From: Tubulanus polymorphus | Taxonomy: Eukaryota > Animalia > Nemertea | Direction: 5' to 3' | DNA length: 64,000 bases | Assembly (NCBI RefSeq): GCF_964204645.1 | Contig: NC_134031.1 | Coordinates: 372,001 to 436,000 of the forward strand | Translations under genes and position numbers: made by a program | Part shown: positions 57,442 to 64,000 of the stretch, piece after piece | Position numbering within the stretch: position 1 is the stretch's first letter | How the letters are laid out: every line of letters begins with the position of its first letter | The notes under the pieces: generated by a model | Database searches by the model: none | The model's input: only the letters and a program-made list of their open reading frames with translations | Told to the model about the DNA's origin: nothing

Positions 57442-60400
57442 ATGTTTCTAGCTCTACTTCTCTTCGTTCAACTCTTATTTGCCTTTTCGTCAGGTGAGAT
57501 ATCAATTTGTTTGCATATTCGATTAGAGATGTTTGATTTTAATCTAAAGGGTTACGTTTGGTCTTTTTTAAAGTTTTTCTTGAATGAACCCGAGTTGTTC
57601 ATAAAATGAACAATTCGGATTTTCTGAAACAACAAAAAATGTTTCTTATCTTCATTCGAAAACATGGAATCATTGAAAGGGCGGAGATTCCAAATTCCTT
57701 ACGTTTTCAGAAGCCATTTATATTGCAGTGAGTCCAGATTTGATTCTATAGATTTGGTATATGAACTATCTTTAAACTTTAACGTTAAATTGAACAACGA
57801 GTTTGGTCCACAGTTTGGTCCAGCAGTTTGGTCCAGTAGTTTGGTCCAGCAGTTTGGTCCAGCAGTTTGGTCCAGTAGTTTGGTCCAGTAGTTTGGTCCA
57901 GCAGTTTGGTCCAGTAGTTTGGTCCAGTAGTTTGGTCCAGCAGTTTGGTCCAGCAGTTTGGTCCAGTAGTTTGGTCCAGTAGTTTGGTCCCGCAGTTTGG
58001 TCCAGTAGTTTGGCTCTTAAGTTGAATAGAACCTATAGCATGGAACTGCATCGTCCGGTTCTTTTGCACCGAAATCAGAGAAATCTCAATCTTTATTGCA
58101 TTGACCTGATAAAAACTGTATCTAATGTAATATATATATATATATATATCTATTTTCAACAGGCAGTAAATGGAAGTATACTCACGATAACAGTAAGTGA
58201 ATCAGTCAATTCAATAACCACCGAAATTAGAAAATACAAAAAAAATATGGGGCCAGTTGCAAAGTTGTGACCTAAGTCCAAAAGTGGTCTTAAATCTTAA
58301 GACTAGTCTTAAGTTGTTCGATTGGCTATAGAACTAAGTTGGTCTTAGAATGGTCTTTAGTCTAAGCCATGACTATGCAACCGGCCCCTGGAGTTTAAAA
58401 CTTCCATATTTAGCTGCTATTGATAACATTTGTTTTACCTGAAAAGTAATGGACAATTTTACGGTGATTTCTGAATAATTCAGATTCATGATTGATAAAT
58501 TTGACCTGCGATAATCCCAAGATTTGGTTAGTGTAGTGTCATCTATAGTTTTTAGAGAGAAAGCTAAGTTTAATCTCTGTGATTCAGTACATGTTTATTA
58601 ATACGTGATGAGCTGAATTAAGATCTTGGAAATCGACTCCTGTTGTGATTATAATCTGTTATTTACATCGGTAACATTCGAGATAATGATTTTTTCATCA
58701 TTTCCAGTGAATTATCTCGATTATGCTACTTACTTTTATGTCGATATTCGACTTATTTTTATGTCGAAATTATACCTTTTTTACGTCGGAATCCGAGTTA
58801 ATTATTTCAAATTTAGAATTATTAATGATATGTCGAATTTCGACTGAACTAGTCGAAAAAATGAAGGAATCATCTCGGTATGTCACCAACGGGCTTCCGT
58901 AGTTATCATAACGAAAAAGATTTTGAATTTGCATCTATATGACCTGATAATCCGTCGATAGAAGGTCGCAGGGATATGTTTATGACTTCGATACCTTCTA
59001 TGTCATTCCGGTTTTAGAATATTAACTCCAGCTGTTGCTCATAGAGCGATCATTGTATTTTAATTTATAACCACTTATTCGTTGTAATCGAACACAACTT
59101 GAACAGACACAATCAAGATAGATTAATTCATCTATCTATTAAGTATCTCGTTGCGATAAAAAAAAAACACGCGAAAGTGTGGAAATAATTTTTGAAAAAT
59201 TCATAGTCGTAAAGACGTAATAAATCATGTGAACGGTTATAGATTAATTACGCGCTTTGTCTGGCGGCGGTTTACAGACCGTCTCGACGTGAGTTTAACA
59301 GTTGTGGATTAGTTCGATAGAAATAAAGTCAAGCGTTAAATCTAACTCGCACATGTGGAATCGGGGCCTGGTGATCTTTAAAGCTAACTGCATATATAAC
59401 CATTATTATGGGCTGGGTTTAAAACCTCCAGATTCCCTAGAACTGGTCCCTGGAGCCAGTTGCGCAGAGTCTAGGCTTAGATTTAGGATCAGTCTAAAAC
59501 CATCTTAGTATTAGATGGTTTTAGACTATCGCCTTAGATAGCTGGTGATCTGTCAACTTCAGATTTTAGACGTGAACCCATTATTTGCACTAGAAGTCTC
59601 AACTGTTGAACTGTAGGCCCAGGATTCTATGAGTATAAAGTGTTGTTGCCTGATTTTAGAACCGTGGCACGAGGGACAATGTGAATTAACGGATAGACAA
59701 TCACCGATTAAACTCGTGCAGACTGGTCAATGTGATCCGCTACTTCAACCGATTGTCATCAGGAATATTCGTTCCATAGTTCCACTCTCTGCCGTCAACA
59801 ATGGACACGCTTGTAAGCATAATATCTTTAAAGAATATTTCAACATTTCAAACTTTAATTAAGGTTTAGAAAAACGGTGCAATATTCTTATCTAATTATT
59901 TCATATATGGTTTGTGCGATTCTTAACATGTTTGCGTTTCTTTGATCCTGATCAATATTGAAGGCTTCTTATTTGAAATATCGTCGATCAAAAACCGATG
60001 ATATTTGGTTGTATTTCGATGCAGTGCAGGTACAGGCGATACCCGGGCACAACTTGGACCGTTTACACGTCGATATAGATGGTACTAAGTACCGACTGAA
60101 ACAGTTCCATTTCCACTGGAAGGGCGGCCCATATTCAGCTCAAGGATCCGAACATGAACTTGACGGGAAATTCTACGATGCCGAGGTATCTCATATAACT
60201 ACAACAATTCATTTTTTATTAGTCAGAAGTTTAAATCGCCTTCTATAAAACGAATATATATTTATCAGATGCACATGGTTTTCGCTGATCCCGATTCGGA
60301 GGTTGATGGTGTTCACGATAAGTACGCAGTGCTTGGATTCCTCATTCAAGCGAACCGCAGGAGGGTACACATTCGATTACCTTGAATTTGGCGAAAATAT

Positions 60401-61129
60401 CTTCATTCGCATTGAACGTGTTCTAAAATATATATTTCTATTTTAGGATAACCACGCGTTCCGGAAGATATTTGGAATTGGATTATCAAGTCTTCAATCC
60501 TCGCAAGGTTCGTTACATTCCTGTTCGCTTTGAGAAACACTCAAGGGTCGTGGCAATATTCAGACTCGCTTGCCAGGGTATAGTTCTATGTTTATTTCCT
60601 GTATTTACAGATGATATAGCTCATTCTCAGAAAAGAGTTGCCTCTGGTTGGATGAGAATAGGCGATCTCCTCGACCACGTCGATATGGGCGATTACTACA
60701 GATACGAGGGTAGTCTTACAACGCCCCCTTGTAGCGAAAATGTGAAATGGACAGTATTCAGAGAACCGTTACGAATTTCGCATCATCAGGTGAATATGAG
60801 CAGCTTGTATCGGCTGAAATACTTAAAAAGCCCATACCCCATATTTCAGTTGGATGACACAATTTAAGCTGCTTTCAATCATGAATTTATCTACATATGT
60901 TTTTTTTTAAATATAGAATATTTAATGATTATTCCACGGATTGAAAAATTGTCGTTGATTTTAAACCGCGTGAAAAAAAATCATATGAAAATGCTCTAGT
61001 TTTTTTTTGTTGAATTTTCAGTTGCGTCAACTGCAATCTCTGCCGGTGATCGGTAGAATTGGAAACTATCGCGAAGCTTTCGACGCTACCGCGGACAACA
61101 AGGTTGAATTTAGTTGCGTCAAGCAATAA
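57442..61129 (+). CDS. Secreted alpha-carbonic anhydrase paralogue 2 (canonical His triad)
   Basis: Same 8-exon structure; RQSPI, NNGHA, KQFHFHW, GSEH, DAE|[14 protein letters not shown]; ends FSCVKQ*. Confidence 0.92.
57800..58013. repeat. 13-bp minisatellite (AGTTTGGTCCAG[C/T])n
   Basis: About 16 tandem units in intron 1 of CA paralogue 2, absent from paralogue 1. Confidence 0.95.
58249..58388. mobile_element. ~140 bp MITE with GGGGCC(A/G)GTTGCA TIRs, best-preserved copy
   Basis: GGGGCCAGTTGCA .. TGCAACCGGCCCC; absent from the homologous intron of CA paralogue 1. Confidence 0.8.
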
Positions 61130-61665
61130 AACTCTGTAGAAAATATTCACACAGAAATTGTGTTCAATAAATACTAAATTCATTTATAGCATAAAGATTT
61201 AATAGTTTTTTTTCATTCATTCGTAAGAAAAGAAAGAAACTCTTTTCACAGTCAGGATTCGAACTATCAATTGTCAAGGTCGGAGAGGTCGGAGAGCTCG
61301 GAGAAGAACTACAGGAAGAAACTCTGTCACTGCCTGATTGTTGGAGGTGGAAAGCTCGGGTGAAGAACCGCAGAAATAAATTTCGATGAAATGAATCTGG
61401 TTAAAATCACATTTAGGTTATTTTTTTCAAGTCAACATCGAATAAAATGAAATCAGGGCTGACGTGTAGAATCGATTAAAATATAGGCTGCTCACAAAGA
61501 GTGTTACAACGAATATAGCGTCAGGTCAATATTTTGAAGCGAGTGTGTCTAGTGGACAGGTGTAACCCAAATTTTATTGATTTATGCAAAACGACAATAG
61601 TTTCTTATATGATTTTACCAGCATTTTGAACTGGAAGTTTTTTGCGTCAACAGGAAAATCACGAG

Positions 61666-63921
61666 ATGTCCTTATTAACAACATTTATTTGTTGTTTTCT
61701 TCTTTTTGATCGGGGTAAGTCGAAAAAAATAAACAGTGGTCAGAACAATAGATACAATGTGTGCTGGAAGATGTTGTTGGCTATTTTTTATTCTGGAGTT
61801 AGAACTTAACGGTAAACACTGGCGGATCCTCGCTTGCCACAAATGGAATCCTCGATTGCCACAGTAACGTTGGCAGATCGCCATTCTATACAAGCTTCAC
61901 GACCAACAACACCGATAACTATTGTGCATTAGTTCGCCGACCAATAGTCAAAACTAACTAACGTTAACCGATATTTTGGGTCTTTTTGATTTCAAATAAT
62001 ATCAAATGCACTGCAGCGAACCTGGTGGATCCTCGCTTGCCACAAGTGGAACCCTCGATTTCCACAGTAACGTTGGCAGTTCGCTGTTTCATATAACCTT
62101 CACACAGACAAACACATGTAAATTACAATACATACGTTTTTATTTCCAGCCCTTGAAACAAGAGCGCGTGAGTATCAACAGAAATAGAAACTCGATACCT
62201 AAATCTATTGTTCGTCTTGAAAGAGATATTTAATTGTTAATTGATTAGTTATAAACGGCGACGGTTTTATATATTTCAGATGAAGGATCAGATTGGGGTT
62301 ACTCGGAACACGGTGCAGGTATGATTCAGACCTACGTACCTCCTGCAGCTTACCCGCCTTACCCCCCCCCCCCCCCCACATGGAATGAGAATTGCATATT
62401 ATGAAACTATCTGTATTTCAGGAAAAATTTAGAATCAATTTTCGCTATACTCTTGATAATATACCGATTATTTTCTTTCTGTCACTGAAAATTTGAGATT
62501 GAATTCTGGCTCAAAAGGTGGTGGAGTTTTGAAATTGAAGGTGGGTGGGGGCGGGGGTGGGGGCGGGGGCTGATCAAATTCGTGTTCCACAGTCAGTTTG
62601 AATTTGATTCTACGATTCAAGGATGAACAAATTTAACAAGCCGAGAAAAGTTTAATCAGGTCCTGATTCTGATGTTGATTTTTGAACAGATTGGAAAATT
62701 GGTCAGTGTATATCAACAAAACGACAATCCCCAATCATTCTCGATCCACAATCAGCTTGTTGTAATAAAGATCTTCATAAAGTGAACGTCACCGGAATCA
62801 ATACGGAATTAGAAATCACGGCTGCTAATAACGGACATGCCTGTAAGTATTATACACATAATAATAACGGATAATTATTCACATAATTATTATTGATTTA
62901 TTTATCATACATATATACATATCTATAGATGCATCATTTGATATTCCTTTAATAAATTATTAGGTATATCAGTAATATCAATATTAATATCAATTCATTA
63001 TAATATTTCACATAGATGTTAAAGTATCAGGCCCCAGGTGCACCAGGTTGTGGTTTAATTCCTGAAATTGTCTCAACTCTTGAGACTGATGTTAAATCGT
63101 TAGATCGGTTATAGAACCAAAATGAGTTTAGACTGGTCTTAAGTTATTAGATTGGTTATGGAAATATGACGGTGTTCGACTGGTCTGAAATCTAAGCCTT
63201 ATACCCTCTCTTATACCCTGTTTTCCCACAAGAACGGATATAAAACAATGAAGCCCTGAATGCAGTCATAAAATCTCAGGCATATAATCAGTATGAGAAA
63301 TAATTATTAACCGTTGAATTTATCTGTGTTTTATTCTGTGCTAATATTTTTCAGTAATAATGAAAGGAAAGTCTGGGTCAATGAATGCGGTTAGAGTCGA
63401 TCTATCAAAAACGACCAATGAGAAAGATTCGACGGCTAAGTATTTTCTGAGTCAGTTTCATATGCACTGGAAGGCCAGCGGTACAAGTTTACAAGGCTCC
63501 GAACATAAACTTGACGGCAAATTCTACGACGCTGAGGTATGCTACAGATTAATATTCTATTCTAGAGTGGAATTCTTATCAATAAGAGGTTTTACTGCCG
63601 CGATATCCGCCTTATATTTCGGATCGAGATTAGTTACTAACAACGACCTTCTCATTCTCAATAACTTCAGTAAAATTATGATTAGTTTCTAACAACGACC
63701 TTCTCAATCTCAGCGACTTCAACTATTCAGTACAATTCTAATTAGTAACTAATAACTAATCTGTGTTTATTTGATAATCAGTTAATGATGTTTCTATTGG
63801 CGGTGAATTTTGCTATTTTCTATGTGATGTAAAGTTACACATGGTAATGCAAACATCAAGTGCAGTTGACGATATATTCGCAGTTCTAGGTTTCTTAGTC
63901 GATGCAAGCGGAACCACAGAT
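61666..63921 (+). CDS. Alpha-carbonic anhydrase paralogue 3 (5' part; continues beyond window)
   Basis: Exons 61666-61714 (hydrophobic leader), 62150-62167 (18 nt), 62280-62318 (WGYSEHG), 62690-62842 (RQSPI..NNGHA), 63355-63536 (SQFHMHW..GSEH..DAE), 63835-63921 (LHMV..AVLGFL). Confidence 0.85.
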
Positions 63922-64000
63922 GTAAGTTTGTCTGAAATCGAGTTCACGCGAACCCAGTTTCACAGCTGTGATTCTTACTTTACTCAACGATTAAAACAAT

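Overview
Eukaryotic, intron-containing animal DNA, probably from a compact non-arthropod invertebrate genome (inference from gene content, short GT-AG introns and TTAGGG motifs). Most track ORFs are exon fragments, shadow frames or microsatellite artefacts, so I rebuilt gene models by hand from splice signals. Gene order: uncharacterised LRR/LRRcap protein ending in a CaaX box (-, 6333-11004), NUP214 (+, 11945-23546), FAM78 (-, 24311-27340), PLPP6/7 (+, 27726-28765), MEGF9 orthologue with a 16 kb first intron (+, 29614-50206), a 3xIg+FN3 membrane protein (-, 51434-54187) and three tandem secreted alpha-carbonic anhydrases (+, 54631 to beyond the window end). Main observations: (1) a three-copy mobile element that fuses a truncated tRNA-Ala-like Pol III promoter directly to TTAGGG telomeric repeats, with a conserved hairpin-bearing leader unlike an ordinary SINE; (2) four minimal Penelope-type hammerhead ribozyme motifs in introns, one at the centre of an ~88 bp inverted repeat; (3) a 2.3 kb intronic array of ~27 copies of an exon end plus donor, each forming a complete 26-nt poison pseudo-microexon; (4) NUP214-FAM78-PLPP in the same order and orientation as human 9q34; (5) a carbonic anhydrase paralogue with coupled Q92K/H94D changes at the zinc site and patchy identity to its neighbour; (6) six co-oriented CTCF-like motifs in one intron; (7) a NUP214 rich in GLFG repeats. 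All coordinates were read by eye and may be off by a few bases; no searches were run.
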